Of a DNA stretch of 64,000 nt, positions 1 through 10,444 are shown piece by piece (the first letter of the stretch is position 1; every line of letters begins with the position of its first letter). The notes beneath the pieces were generated by a model, which did not search any database, had not been told where the DNA came from, and worked only from the letters and a program-made list of their open reading frames with translations. A program made the position numbers and the translations under genes. Source of the DNA: a virus (Duplodnaviria > Heunggongvirae > Uroviricota > Caudoviricetes); the IMG/VR virus record IMGVR_UViG_3300031760_000016, positions 43,455 to 107,454 of that record; one strand, 5' to 3'.

Positions 1-112
1 AAATGCCACAGATGTCGTTTACAATTACAACAGAACAAATATACCTGTTGACGCAGACGCAGTTAGCGTAAACTCCATCTACTATATCCAGGTCAATGAC
101 GCAACAATCAAT

Positions 113-1747
113 TTGCCTGACAGTGTGACGGGAAATAGTAAGGCCGGCTGGCTGATAACGGTTATTCGCTCGGCCAGTACTGCAATGCAATGCTTTGTGC
201 CGCTCACGATAGTCGGCGTTGTTTACCAGCGCATTAAGCGTTCGTCAACCTGGGGAGCCTGGCAGACCTGTTCATTTGTGGATCGTGACAGCATCGGGAC
301 ATTGCATACATCCAAACCTTACGACATGTCCGATATACGTCTTTACGCGTCCGCGCTGTACAGAGCAAACCAGTATATCCCGGCTGCGGAAAGCTTTAAC
401 AGCTCAAAATGGGATAAATTTGTTATCACGGACGAAATTCAGAACATCGAGCAGAACGCATATAACATGTCCAGTCTGTCTATGTTTACCAGGATTGGCG
501 CGGTGGGTGACAGCTTTACGGCAGGTTACCTGTACAACAAGGAAACCGAAAGTCACCCGATCGAGCAGGATTATCCGCAGGACGGAGCTTACCCGCAGAT
601 CGGCTGGCCTGCTGTGATGTCGCGGCTTTACGGCATCAAGGTCACGCCGTTCGCCAAGCCAGGAGCGACAACCAAGAGTTATATCGACGACGTGCTACCG
701 TCATTGCTGAAAAGTGGAGGTCAGCAGCTTTACATGCTTTGCCTCGGTCTCAATGATTACACCAAGGGACTTAGCAAGGGCGTCGAGGCTGATCTTGACG
801 CAACAACGACGCCTGATACTTCGCTCGGTTATTACGGTTACATCATTCGCAGTATCAAAACAAAGTTCCCGAACGCGAAATTTGTGATTTGCAAATCGTT
901 CTGGGTGTTGCGCGCTGGGAACCACGAAACGCAGCCCTATACCGTGACTAGCTATTACACCTATATTTCGGAACTGGCTGAGACGATCGGTTCACACTTT
1001 GACATCCCGGTGATTGAGACGCTGGGAGATCCGTTCTTCTGTGGCAAGCCCTATGTGGATGGGCTGCATGGTTTTCATCCGACCGCACCGCTTTACGCGG
1101 GTATGGCACGCAGACTGGGACAGCTGCTTGACAAGTGTATCATTGATAATCCGCAGTATTTTTACAACTTTAGCACCAACACTTCTGTTGGAGAACCTGT
1201 GCTGTATACTGATAATCAGAGCCTCACGGACGCACAGAAAACACAGGCGAGAAACAATATTGGGGCAGCCAACAATGATGTGGTTGAAGACAAGATCACA
1301 AGCATGAAAGCTGCGATACTTGATAGCATCGATAAGGTGTCCTGGTCTGATGAAGACAGAGCAAATCACATTGAGGCACTTGAGGAAGCGTTGTTCGGCG
1401 AGAAGCATCAGCTTATTGATAGCGAACAGGTCATTACCCAGGAGGCAGGCTATGACATTGAAGAACTGAATACAGGCAAATGCATGCTTTCTTATGAAGT
1501 TGAGACAGATGCGGATATTGCAGATGATGTGAACAGCATCAAGATACAATTCAGTACCATGAATTGGGAGGATAGTGTGGAAGTATACGAGCAGATCAAA
1601 GGTAAGGCTGCCTCTGGGCGAATCACCGGACTGCGCGTACCGCACGATAATACTTTTGTCTCTGTGCATGTATTTGGCAATTCGGTCGCGTCCTACCCGA
1701 TCCGTATTAAGAAACTGACGCTGTATCATGAGGGCGAAAATTCCTAA
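113..1747 (+). CDS. Tail-associated SGNH/GDSL-family hydrolase (esterase/lipase-like)
   Basis: 544-aa ORF. GDSFTAGY block is the SGNH block I motif; later GLND and DGLH-like blocks fit the fold. Sits just upstream of giant tail fibre genes. Confidence 0.55.
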   Translation: MPDSVTGNSKAGWLITVIRSASTAMQCFVPLTIVGVVYQRIKRSSTWGAWQTCSFVDRDSIGTLHTSKPYDMSDIRLYASALYRANQYIPAAESFNSSKWDKFVITDEIQNIEQNAYNMSSLSMFTRIGAVGDSFTAGYLYNKETESHPIEQDYPQDGAYPQIGWPAVMSRLYGIKVTPFAKPGATTKSYIDDVLPSLLKSGGQQLYMLCLGLNDYTKGLSKGVEADLDATTTPDTSLGYYGYIIRSIKTKFPNAKFVICKSFWVLRAGNHETQPYTVTSYYTYISELAETIGSHFDIPVIETLGDPFFCGKPYVDGLHGFHPTAPLYAGMARRLGQLLDKCIIDNPQYFYNFSTNTSVGEPVLYTDNQSLTDAQKTQARNNIGAANNDVVEDKITSMKAAILDSIDKVSWSDEDRANHIEALEEALFGEKHQLIDSEQVITQEAGYDIEELNTGKCMLSYEVETDADIADDVNSIKIQFSTMNWEDSVEVYEQIKGKAASGRITGLRVPHDNTFVSVHVFGNSVASYPIRIKKLTLYHEGENS

Positions 1748-1817
1748 TAACGACATAGGCAAGTAACAGAGGGGCAGCGAATCAGTTGCCCCTCAACATA
1801 ATGCCAAAGATGGAGGC

Positions 1818-4800
1818 ATGCAAATGAGTAAATCAAGATACCTTGGCCTGACTCTTGTCGGAACGAGCGAGTCAGAAGCAAAGCAAACTTTTCTACATTG
1901 GCGCACTGACATGAATGGAGAAGGAGAAGCCTCCAACATGCAAAGAATCGACAAAGCATACGGTGAGATGAGCGCCAACATCACGAACATCAGATCTCAT
2001 GTCGCCAATCAGGCAAACACTATCGGCGACATTGAGTCTCAGATGGAGCAGCAGAATGAGAAACTCAGCAAGGATATCGCTCTCAAGGGCGATAACCTCT
2101 GGTTTGACACTTCCACGAACCTTCTGTACCTGATGTCCGATGGCGAACCTGTCGGTGACGGCGTTGCCGTTGCTGCGAGTGGCGGCGGCGGTGGCGGTGG
2201 TGGATCCTCCAGCTCCTATACGCCGACGCTCACGAACAACATGGCTTCTCGAACCATCACCACATCAAATGACAGCCCTGTCTCTCTGGCGTTTACATAT
2301 CGCTCTGTGGACGGCGAGGGCGAAGATGACGGTCCTGGCGTTGGTTCGGTGACGATCAACAACGTTACCAAGAAAACCTTCACTGTGCAGCAGGGCGAAA
2401 ACACCGTCGACATCACCGATGTTCTGGGCGGCGGCACAAACAACGTTCGCATCAAGGTCGAGAATTCCGAGGGCGTTGCCAGAACCCTGGCATACACCGT
2501 TACGATCGTCTCTCTGAGCATGACCACCACCATGGACGAGATTGACGTCTACAATGGCGACGCGATGTTCAACTACACGGTGACCGGCGCTGGCGAAAAG
2601 ACCGTTCACTTCGTTTTGGACGGCACCGAGATCGGCACTGAGGTCGTCACCAGCTCTGGCCGCAGCCGCATCTATGTGATCGGCGAGCAGAGCCATGGCG
2701 CTCACGTACTGGAATGCTATGCGACCGCTGTTGCTGAGGGCAATGAGGTCACAAGTAACAAGATCCGTCTGAGCATGATCTGGGTGGGCGAGAGCTCTGA
2801 TCCGATCATCGCCTCGACGTTCAACACGCAGAATGTGGTTCAGGGCGACACGATCTCTATTTCCTATGAAGTGTATGATCCCGCTTCTGAGAGCGCAGAG
2901 GTCACCCTTTCCATCATCGACGAGAATGGCGATGTCTACAGCACGCAGACCGTGACACGCGACAGGACGGTGGGTGATCCGTGGAGCACGCAGAATTATC
3001 CCGCTGGCAACATCATCTTCCGCATCGGCTGCCGCGAAACTTACAAGGATTTCCCAGTGGCGGTTGAAGAGTATATCTTTCCGCTGGAGCCGATCTCCGA
3101 CAGCCTGGTGCTGGAATTCACCGCCGAAGGCCGCAACAACAACGAAGCAAACCCCGGCACCTGGTCTTACAGCGACATTGAAGCTGAATTCAATGGCTTC
3201 ACATGGGCGAACGCTGACGGCTGGATGCAGGACGAGGACAATGCGCCTGTTCTGCGCTTCCTGCCTGGCGACACGATGACGATTCCGTTCAAGCCCTTCG
3301 CGACGGATGCCCGTGAGACGGGTTATACCATCGAAGTTGAGATGGCCACACGCGATGTGCGCGACTATGAAAGCCTTGTTTTAACCTGCATGAATGGGGG
3401 TACGGGCTTCCAGATCGCCTCTCAGAGCGCCTCTCTGGCCTCTGAGCAGAGCTCTGTGTCCATGCTGTTCAAGGAGGACAGCCGGATCAACGTCACATTC
3501 GTGGTTGAGCAGAAGAACCTGAACCGCTTCATCTATATCTATATCAACGGCATCATGTGCGGCATCACTCAGTACGCCACCGCTGATAACTTCGCCCAGC
3601 CGAACCCGGTTGGAATTACCATCGGCGCGAACAGCTGCGGTCTGGATCTGTACCACATGCGCTTCTACAACAGGGGCCTGAATCGTGCGGAACAGCTGGA
3701 CAACTTCATTGTGAGCCGTACCACCCTGGCCGAGCGTCAGAACGCGTATGTCAGGAACAGCATCATGAACGAATCCGACGAGGTGGATGTTACCAAACTG
3801 CCGTCCACTCTGCCGTACATGGTGATCTCCTGCCCTGAACTGCCGCAGTCCAAGGGCGACAAGAAGACCGGTGTTTCGATTTCGTTCACCGACCCGGCGA
3901 ACAGTGCCAAGTCGTTCACCGCGACTGGCGCAGAAATCGACGTGCAGGGCACCAGCTCCGCCGTTTATCCTGTGAAGAACCTGAAGCTCAAATTCAAGGG
4001 CGGCTTTACCACCAACGGCCAGAGCTACAGCAAGTACGCACTGTTTAATGATTCGATCCCTGTCAGCACCTTCTGCATCAAGGTTGACTATGCCTCCTGC
4101 GAAGGCGCAAACAACGTGGAACTGGTCGAACTGTATGAGCGCGTATGCAAGGAACAGGGCATGCTGACTCCGCCTCAGGTGGAGAACGCGGCTGTGCGTC
4201 AGGGTATCTCCGGCCGGCCGATCGCGCTGTTCTGGCATGACACCGTGAACAACTCCACTGTTTTCGTTGGCAAGGCTAACTTCAATAACGACAAATCCAC
4301 TGAAAACGTGTTTGGATTTGACCAGTATCCCAACGCGGAGAGCTGGGAATTCCGTAACAACACGACCAACCGCTGCCTGTTCAAGAGCAACGACTTTACC
4401 TCCATGGGCACTGATAAGGACGGCAAACCGATTCCGGCCTGGCAGAATGACCTGGAGGCGCGTTATCCCGAAGACAGCACGGACTACACGCGGCTGAAGA
4501 GGGTGTTCGACTTCGTCGTTGCCCACGACCGTGATACCGTTACCACAGAAGAAGAAAAGCAGGCCATGCTGGATGACTTCGAGGAGCACTTCGAGGAATA
4601 CTTCGACAAAGACCTGACCCTGTTCTACTACCTGTTCACCGAGGTCTTCCTGATGGTTGACTCCCGTGCGAAAAACATGTTCCTTACCACCTTCGATGGA
4701 ACTCACTGGATGCCGATTCCTTACGACATGGATACGGCATTGGGAATCAATAACGAAGGCGAACTGAGCTTTGAGTATGATCTGGAAGACACTGACAGCG

Positions 4801-7163
4801 TGAACGGCGAGCAGGTGTACAATGGTCAGAGCTCTGTCCTGTGGAACAACGTTCGCGACGCGTTCGACTATGAGATCGGTCAGATGTACAACACCCTGCG
4901 CAGTGGCCAGGTGTTCAAGTACGAAGTTGTGCAGAAGCTATTTGAGGATCATCAGTCTGTGTGGCCGGAGCGCCTGTGGAACGAGGACGCGTACACCAAG
5001 TATCTGATTCCGTATCTGGTCAATGGCCAGGATTACCTGGACATGCTTCAGGGTGACAAGAGCGCCCAGCGCGACTGGTGGCTGTATAACGCCTTCAAGT
5101 ATCGCGATTCCAAGTACAAGACCGGCGACGCGAAGAAGAACTTCATAAACTTCCGCGCCTATACCGACGACAGTCATCCTATCAGCGAGGCGAATATTAC
5201 GATCACGCCGTACAGCCATATTTATGCTGCGGTTGAGTATGCTTCGACCTACACGCCGACCAAGCGGCTGAAGCGCAATGAGTCATTCACGTTCGTGAAC
5301 CCCATGGACAGAATGTGGGATACGGAAATCCATATTTATTCTGCTGACCGTCTGAGCGACGTTGGCGATTTGAGCGCCATGAACATCGGCTCCGCGGACT
5401 TCGGCGCTGCGACCAAGCTGCAGCGGCTGATCCTGGGTAAGGACAGCGCGAGCTATAGCAATACGCATCTGAACAGCCTGACAGTGGGTAGGAACGAGCT
5501 GCTGACGCTGGTGAACGTGTGCAACTGCTCTGCTCTGGCAACTTCACTGAATCTGAGCGGCTGTACGAGCATCGAGACCGTGCTGGCGAAGGGCTCCGCA
5601 ATTACCGGTGTTGACCTGCCTGCCGGCGGTCATCTGAAGAAACTGCAGTTGCCGGGCACCATTACAAACCTGACCATCCGCGATCAGAAGAATCTGACGG
5701 ATTATGAGGTGGCCGGGTATGACAACCTGAGCACGCTGCGTATTGAGAATACGCCGAACGTGCCGATTGAGACCGTCGTGAACAGCGCCAGCAAGCTGAA
5801 CCGTGCCCGCTTGATCGGCGTGGAGTGGACTGCCACAAATGAGGCGGCATTGAAGGCCACCATTGACAGGCTGGAGACGTGCACCGGTATTGACGCCAAC
5901 GGCAACAACACCGATCATTCTGTCGTGACAGGCCGCGTTAGTGTTGACACCATTTCTACCAGCCTGCTCGAACGGATTCAGGATTTGTTCCCGGATCTGG
6001 TCGTGGTTGTGAACGGCATTGCGCAGTATCTGGTGCGTTTTATGAATTATGACGGCACTGTGCTATACAAAGAAGTCATTGCTGCGGGCGGCAATGCCAC
6101 TGACCCTGTCACTACTGGCAGTATCAGCACACCTGAGCGTCCGGATGAAAACGGTATGTCATTCCAGTATCTTGGCTGGAGCGAAATCCCGACAAACGTG
6201 CAGAGCAATAAGGTGGTGACCGCGAGGTACAGAACAATGTGCCGTGTGCGTTACCTTGACTGGGATAATACTGTGCTTTACAGCGTTTATGTCGCTGAGG
6301 GAGGCAGTACGAATTTCTCTGGTGCGCTTCCTACAAGAGAACAGGATGCGCAGTACACCTATGTGTTCAGCGGGTGGAGCGGCAGTCAGACCAATATTAC
6401 TGAGAGCCGTGATATCGTAGCGCAGTACAGTACGACGCTCCGTAAATATACCATCACCTGGAAGAACAGTGATGGTACCACTCTGGAGACAGATAACGAT
6501 GTACCGTATGGTACAACTCCCGAGTATAACGGTGCCGCGCCGGTACATCCGACAGAACCCCAGGATATGCAGTTTAATGGTTGGAATCCTGCTATTGCGA
6601 CCGTTACGGGAGATATCACTTATACTGTGCAGTATCTGGATACTGGCTCTCAGTTCGTCAAGTATCTGAAACGCAACATGACAGCCTATACCAGCTCTAC
6701 AGCAACTAAGATTGCCGACAATGCGTTCTATAAAGCTGCTGCTCTGGTCAGCGTGGACACTACTGCTACGAGTATCGGCGCAAATGCATTTAACGGTGCA
6801 ACTGCATTGAAAACTGTTAACCTGCGCAGTACTGGGATCACTACCATTGCTGCGAGCGCTTTCAATGCCTGCACGACGCTAACTACCGTGGATATCGCTG
6901 GTATCGCGAGGCTTGCTTCTAACGCTTTCCACATTTGCAATAATCTGACAGCCTTGATCATCCGCGGAGACAGTGTCGCTACGCTGAGTGCCGTTGATGC
7001 ACTGCCTACCACGCCGTTTACCACTGGCGATGGTGTGATTTATGTCCCTGGAAATCTTGTTGACGCGTACAAGGCTGCTACCAACTGGAGCACGTTCGCT
7101 GATCGCATTTATCCGATCGACGCCTACCCTGTTACTGACTTTTCTACGAACAGTGGAACCTAA
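1818..7163 (+). CDS. Giant tail fibre / receptor-binding protein (CotH-like domain, Listeria-Bacteroides repeats, BspA-type LRR)
   Basis: 1781-aa ORF. Poly-Gly linker; Ig-like beta-rich region; central motif MPIPYDMDTALG resembles the CotH IPWDLDxSFG motif. Three ~70-aa repeats (YLGWS... / YVFSGWSG...) resemble the Flg_new Listeria-Bacteroides repeat. C-terminal AFNGATALKTVNL... resembles BspA-type LRRs. Confidence 0.65.
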   Translation: MQMSKSRYLGLTLVGTSESEAKQTFLHWRTDMNGEGEASNMQRIDKAYGEMSANITNIRSHVANQANTIGDIESQMEQQNEKLSKDIALKGDNLWFDTSTNLLYLMSDGEPVGDGVAVAASGGGGGGGGSSSSYTPTLTNNMASRTITTSNDSPVSLAFTYRSVDGEGEDDGPGVGSVTINNVTKKTFTVQQGENTVDITDVLGGGTNNVRIKVENSEGVARTLAYTVTIVSLSMTTTMDEIDVYNGDAMFNYTVTGAGEKTVHFVLDGTEIGTEVVTSSGRSRIYVIGEQSHGAHVLECYATAVAEGNEVTSNKIRLSMIWVGESSDPIIASTFNTQNVVQGDTISISYEVYDPASESAEVTLSIIDENGDVYSTQTVTRDRTVGDPWSTQNYPAGNIIFRIGCRETYKDFPVAVEEYIFPLEPISDSLVLEFTAEGRNNNEANPGTWSYSDIEAEFNGFTWANADGWMQDEDNAPVLRFLPGDTMTIPFKPFATDARETGYTIEVEMATRDVRDYESLVLTCMNGGTGFQIASQSASLASEQSSVSMLFKEDSRINVTFVVEQKNLNRFIYIYINGIMCGITQYATADNFAQPNPVGITIGANSCGLDLYHMRFYNRGLNRAEQLDNFIVSRTTLAERQNAYVRNSIMNESDEVDVTKLPSTLPYMVISCPELPQSKGDKKTGVSISFTDPANSAKSFTATGAEIDVQGTSSAVYPVKNLKLKFKGGFTTNGQSYSKYALFNDSIPVSTFCIKVDYASCEGANNVELVELYERVCKEQGMLTPPQVENAAVRQGISGRPIALFWHDTVNNSTVFVGKANFNNDKSTENVFGFDQYPNAESWEFRNNTTNRCLFKSNDFTSMGTDKDGKPIPAWQNDLEARYPEDSTDYTRLKRVFDFVVAHDRDTVTTEEEKQAMLDDFEEHFEEYFDKDLTLFYYLFTEVFLMVDSRAKNMFLTTFDGTHWMPIPYDMDTALGINNEGELSFEYDLEDTDSVNGEQVYNGQSSVLWNNVRDAFDYEIGQMYNTLRSGQVFKYEVVQKLFEDHQSVWPERLWNEDAYTKYLIPYLVNGQDYLDMLQGDKSAQRDWWLYNAFKYRDSKYKTGDAKKNFINFRAYTDDSHPISEANITITPYSHIYAAVEYASTYTPTKRLKRNESFTFVNPMDRMWDTEIHIYSADRLSDVGDLSAMNIGSADFGAATKLQRLILGKDSASYSNTHLNSLTVGRNELLTLVNVCNCSALATSLNLSGCTSIETVLAKGSAITGVDLPAGGHLKKLQLPGTITNLTIRDQKNLTDYEVAGYDNLSTLRIENTPNVPIETVVNSASKLNRARLIGVEWTATNEAALKATIDRLETCTGIDANGNNTDHSVVTGRVSVDTISTSLLERIQDLFPDLVVVVNGIAQYLVRFMNYDGTVLYKEVIAAGGNATDPVTTGSISTPERPDENGMSFQYLGWSEIPTNVQSNKVVTARYRTMCRVRYLDWDNTVLYSVYVAEGGSTNFSGALPTREQDAQYTYVFSGWSGSQTNITESRDIVAQYSTTLRKYTITWKNSDGTTLETDNDVPYGTTPEYNGAAPVHPTEPQDMQFNGWNPAIATVTGDITYTVQYLDTGSQFVKYLKRNMTAYTSSTATKIADNAFYKAAALVSVDTTATSIGANAFNGATALKTVNLRSTGITTIAASAFNACTTLTTVDIAGIARLASNAFHICNNLTALIIRGDSVATLSAVDALPTTPFTTGDGVIYVPGNLVDAYKAATNWSTFADRIYPIDAYPVTDFSTNSGT

Positions 7164-7327
7164 GCTGGTTCAACGGCTGGATGCTGGCTTTGCTCTGTAG
7201 TTTCAGCAGGAGCTTCTCCGCCTTGCAAGCTAAAACACTGATAGCAGTAATTCCGGCACCTGCAGTATATATGGCAATGTTTCTGGCCTATGTGCCAAGT
7301 TTTGCAGTGATGGTCATAAACTATAAT

Positions 7328-7351
7328 TCTGGCGGCCTTTGTGCCGCCAGA
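7328..7351 (+). terminator. Putative terminator hairpin after the giant tail fibre gene
   Basis: tctggcggc-ctttgt-gccgccaga, 9-bp stem, then AT-rich sequence. Confidence 0.4.
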
Positions 7352-7398
7352 ATACAATTTAACATACATCAAAATGTGTAACGGAGGCGAAAAAAGGA

Positions 7399-8505
7399 AT
7401 GACAGACTTTGTGAATACCAGAGAAGAAATGGGCGAAGCTGCAGCTCTCGATGCGGTGGTCGCCCGAACTCTGGCAGAGATAAAAGAGGATGGCGTCGCA
7501 AGTATTGGGTCTTATGCGCTATATAATAACCTCAGTCTGAAAAGGGTAAACTTTCCGGAGCTGACTGATATGGGCTCAGACGCCATGGAGGGGTGCACGA
7601 ACCTGGAGGTAGTTGATATCGGCAAGAAATGCACAATTGCTACGAAAGCTTTTAAGGGCAATTCGAGGCTGGCATCAATTATTTTGCGTGGGACGACAAT
7701 GAGCACACTCAGCAAAACTGATGCGCTGACTGGCGTGCCTATCAAATGGGGTATGGGTGGCGTGTACGTCCCGGCTGCTCTGCTCAATACATATAAAGCC
7801 GGTTCAAACTGGAGTGTGTATGCGGACAATATTTTCCCGATTGAGGATTATCCAAGAGCGGATTATAGTACCATCACTGATACATGGGAGCAGATTTTTG
7901 CCGCAGAGACCGATGGTACATATACGGGAAAGTATCATGTTGGTGACACCAAAACCTTAACTATGGGAAATAAGGTGGTTTATATGCAGGTCGCCGCGAT
8001 TGACGGAGACAATCTTGCTGATGGCTCTGGTAAGGCGAAAATAACATGGATCGCAAAGCATATTTACGATACACATGTAATATTGACGCCCCCATTTAAC
8101 GATGATAAAAGTTGGGCTAATTCTACGATGCGTTCGTATTTGATCAGTGATGTATTCACAGCGATACCAGCTGTCGTCCAGAATAATATCAAAGAGGTTG
8201 TGAAGACTTATTACGACAACAATTCGTCAAGCACGAAAACATCAAATGATAGGATCTGGATTCCATCTTATCGTGAGGTTATGCTTGGGACTGATAGAGA
8301 AGACAGCGGCGTGCAGTATTCTGCGTTATTCCCGGATAAATCATCACGAATCAAATACGACGCTGCTTCAGGAACTGCCGGAATATGGTGGCTTCGCACT
8401 GAACATCCTGGTATCAGTTATTATGAACATGTGCTAAGCACTGGAGGCAGTGGCTATGAGAGCGTCGGAGCTGCACAGGGCGTTGTTTTCGGTTTCTGCA
8501 CTTGA
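7399..8505 (+). CDS. Tail fibre-associated protein with BspA-type LRR and DUF6273-like C-terminal domain
   Basis: 368 aa. N-terminal LRR_5-like repeats resemble the C-terminus of the preceding gene. The C-terminus (WWLRTEHPG...) resembles a domain common in phage tail fibres. Confidence 0.5.
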   Translation: MTDFVNTREEMGEAAALDAVVARTLAEIKEDGVASIGSYALYNNLSLKRVNFPELTDMGSDAMEGCTNLEVVDIGKKCTIATKAFKGNSRLASIILRGTTMSTLSKTDALTGVPIKWGMGGVYVPAALLNTYKAGSNWSVYADNIFPIEDYPRADYSTITDTWEQIFAAETDGTYTGKYHVGDTKTLTMGNKVVYMQVAAIDGDNLADGSGKAKITWIAKHIYDTHVILTPPFNDDKSWANSTMRSYLISDVFTAIPAVVQNNIKEVVKTYYDNNSSSTKTSNDRIWIPSYREVMLGTDREDSGVQYSALFPDKSSRIKYDAASGTAGIWWLRTEHPGISYYEHVLSTGGSGYESVGAAQGVVFGFCT

Positions 8506-8570
8506 TCTTCGGCTTAATTGATTCGCAAATACGATTGTGGAATTTTAAAAATCATGGAGGGTAATCAAGT

Positions 8571-8819
8571 ATGATTATAGTTGAGTATTTTATGACCCGC
8601 AGGGACGGCGTTGAACTGTATCGTACCTATTCAAACGAAGGTTTTATGATTGAACGTGACGGCGAGCGTTACGAGGAAGCAATTGACCCGGCAGGCACGA
8701 ATCGCGTCTACACCGAGACCGATGAGAAGATCGAAGGCTGGGAGCCGCCGGTCGAAGAGTCCGGTGAGGAGCAGGAAGAGGATCCTGCTGAAGAACCCGT
8801 AGAAGTGTCTGCGGAATAA
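8571..8819 (+). CDS. Small acidic hypothetical protein
   Basis: 82 aa, Glu-rich C-terminus. RBS-like GGAGGG sits upstream of the ATG. Confidence 0.4.
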   Translation: MIIVEYFMTRRDGVELYRTYSNEGFMIERDGERYEEAIDPAGTNRVYTETDEKIEGWEPPVEESGEEQEEDPAEEPVEVSAE

Positions 8820-8831
8820 GAATCAGTTTCT

Positions 8832-8864
8832 GGCGGCTGTCCGTTTTGGATAGCCGCCATTTTT
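8832..8864 (+). terminator. Rho-independent terminator
   Basis: ggcggct...agccgcc stem followed by atttttg. Confidence 0.55.
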
Positions 8865-8876
8865 GAACTAGGAGGG

Positions 8877-9908
8877 ATGAAGATGGCAGAAAGAATGCCG
8901 ATCGGTCTGTTTGTTTCGGAGCTGAAGGCCGCTCTGGATCGCAAGGATGGATATATTATGTGTGCGCTGGGTCAAAATCCGAAGAAACTGAATTCCTGGT
9001 ATTTTGACCAGTACAAGGAATCACCGTATACGAAGAAGCAGTATCAGCAAGCTATTTACTGGCGGGATCATGCTGCCAGAGTATGGGACTGTAACGGCCT
9101 AAGTGAGGGTTTGTATAAGGATTACACTGGCGTTGACATCAATACGAAAGCCAGATATAATTACGCCAACTGGTGTGACCCCAAGGGCAAGGGTATGATC
9201 CCGGTGGAGTACCGCGTACCCGGCGCTGCTATTTTCTGGAGCGACAGCGGCGCGTCAAGCATCCATCACGTCGCGTATTTGTACGAGCCGGTTGACAAGA
9301 ACAACCCTGGCGGCGATTGGTACATCATCGAGGCGAGGGGCGTTATGTACGGCGTCGTAAAGACGAAGCTGTTTGCCAGAAAGCCGACACACTGGGGGCT
9401 TATGACCCGGTACTTCAATTACGACGATGCCAGTAGAGCCATTCACGCGACTGACTATCACCTTGGTGATCGCGTGCTGAAAAATGGGTGTGACGGCGCT
9501 GACGTGAAGGAAATGCAGAACAATCTGATCATACTTGGGTATGATTGTGGTAAGTACGGCGCGGACGGAGACTTCGGTGATTCAACTGAGATCGCAGTCA
9601 AGGCTTTCCAGAAAGACAATAAACTGTCCGTGGATGGCGAGTTCGGCCCGAAGTCATTGGCGGCAATGATGCAGCTGCTGACCACGGAATTCCGAACGGT
9701 TGTTGAAAATCCGAAGATCGTGCGTATTGTCGGCGGCCAGTGCTACGTCAGATCGGAACCCAGTACAGCAGGCAAGGTGTATGGTGTGGCGAAGGAAAAC
9801 TCTGAATTTGAATATAAGGGGCAGATGTCCGAGGGCGGATGGCTGAAAATTACCTACGAAGATGGGGAAGCCTGGGTCAGCGGAAAATACGGTAAGCTGA
9901 TCAGCTGA
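8877..9908 (+). CDS. Endolysin: Cys/His peptidase (CHAP or NlpC-P60-like) + PG_binding_1 + SH3
   Basis: 343 aa. N-terminus has WDCNGL Cys and IHHVAYLY His, a papain-like dyad. Middle LGDRVLKNGCDGADVKEMQNNLIILGYDCGKYGADGDFG matches the peptidoglycan-binding domain consensus. C-terminal SH3_3-like beta region. Confidence 0.65.
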   Translation: MKMAERMPIGLFVSELKAALDRKDGYIMCALGQNPKKLNSWYFDQYKESPYTKKQYQQAIYWRDHAARVWDCNGLSEGLYKDYTGVDINTKARYNYANWCDPKGKGMIPVEYRVPGAAIFWSDSGASSIHHVAYLYEPVDKNNPGGDWYIIEARGVMYGVVKTKLFARKPTHWGLMTRYFNYDDASRAIHATDYHLGDRVLKNGCDGADVKEMQNNLIILGYDCGKYGADGDFGDSTEIAVKAFQKDNKLSVDGEFGPKSLAAMMQLLTTEFRTVVENPKIVRIVGGQCYVRSEPSTAGKVYGVAKENSEFEYKGQMSEGGWLKITYEDGEAWVSGKYGKLIS

Positions 9909-9931
9909 CCCCTTATAGGAGATGATGAGGT

Positions 9932-10390
9932 GTGACTACTGGATCAATATGGGAACAGCTTGCCGGGCTACATATTGGTACCGTGCTTTCGTGGATTGCC
10001 GTGATTGGCGCAATCATTGGCACGATCAGCGGTGTTACGGTCAAGCTGTATAAGGTTTTTAACAAATACCAAAAGCTAAAAGACGACAACGAAAAACAGG
10101 TGAAGATGCTCAAGGAGCACGACGAGCTCATCAAGGACGTGAAAAAATCCCTCACAGAGATCAAAACGTCCTTAGACGAGCAGCGTGGTGTCAATCTGAA
10201 ACAGGTCAGATATAACATTGTTCATACGTGTGAGGATGCGTTGGAAGCCGGGCACATAACGATTGGCAAGCTGAAATCTCTGGAGGAAATGTTCCAAGAA
10301 TACACCGAGGTCTTTGACGGAAACGGGTACGTCAAGACGCTGATGAAGCGGGTCAGGGAGCTGCCGATCGTTGGGAAGCTGGATGAATAG
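9932..10390 (+). CDS. Putative holin
   Basis: 152 aa. Hydrophobic N-terminal TM (LHIGTVLSWIAVIGAIIGTISGVTV) followed by a charged coiled-coil tail. Lies between two lysin genes. Confidence 0.45.
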   Translation: MTTGSIWEQLAGLHIGTVLSWIAVIGAIIGTISGVTVKLYKVFNKYQKLKDDNEKQVKMLKEHDELIKDVKKSLTEIKTSLDEQRGVNLKQVRYNIVHTCEDALEAGHITIGKLKSLEEMFQEYTEVFDGNGYVKTLMKRVRELPIVGKLDE

Positions 10391-10444
10391 TGAATGGTAT
10401 GACGCCGGGCAGCACGCCCGGCTTTTTGTATTGGAGGCAAAGGG

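Noticed and set aside
2140-6619. Numerous 60-150-aa ORFs on both strands inside the 1781-aa tail gene and other long genes
   Set aside because: They are shadow ORFs of GC-rich coding sequence, nested within long ORFs with clear domain content.
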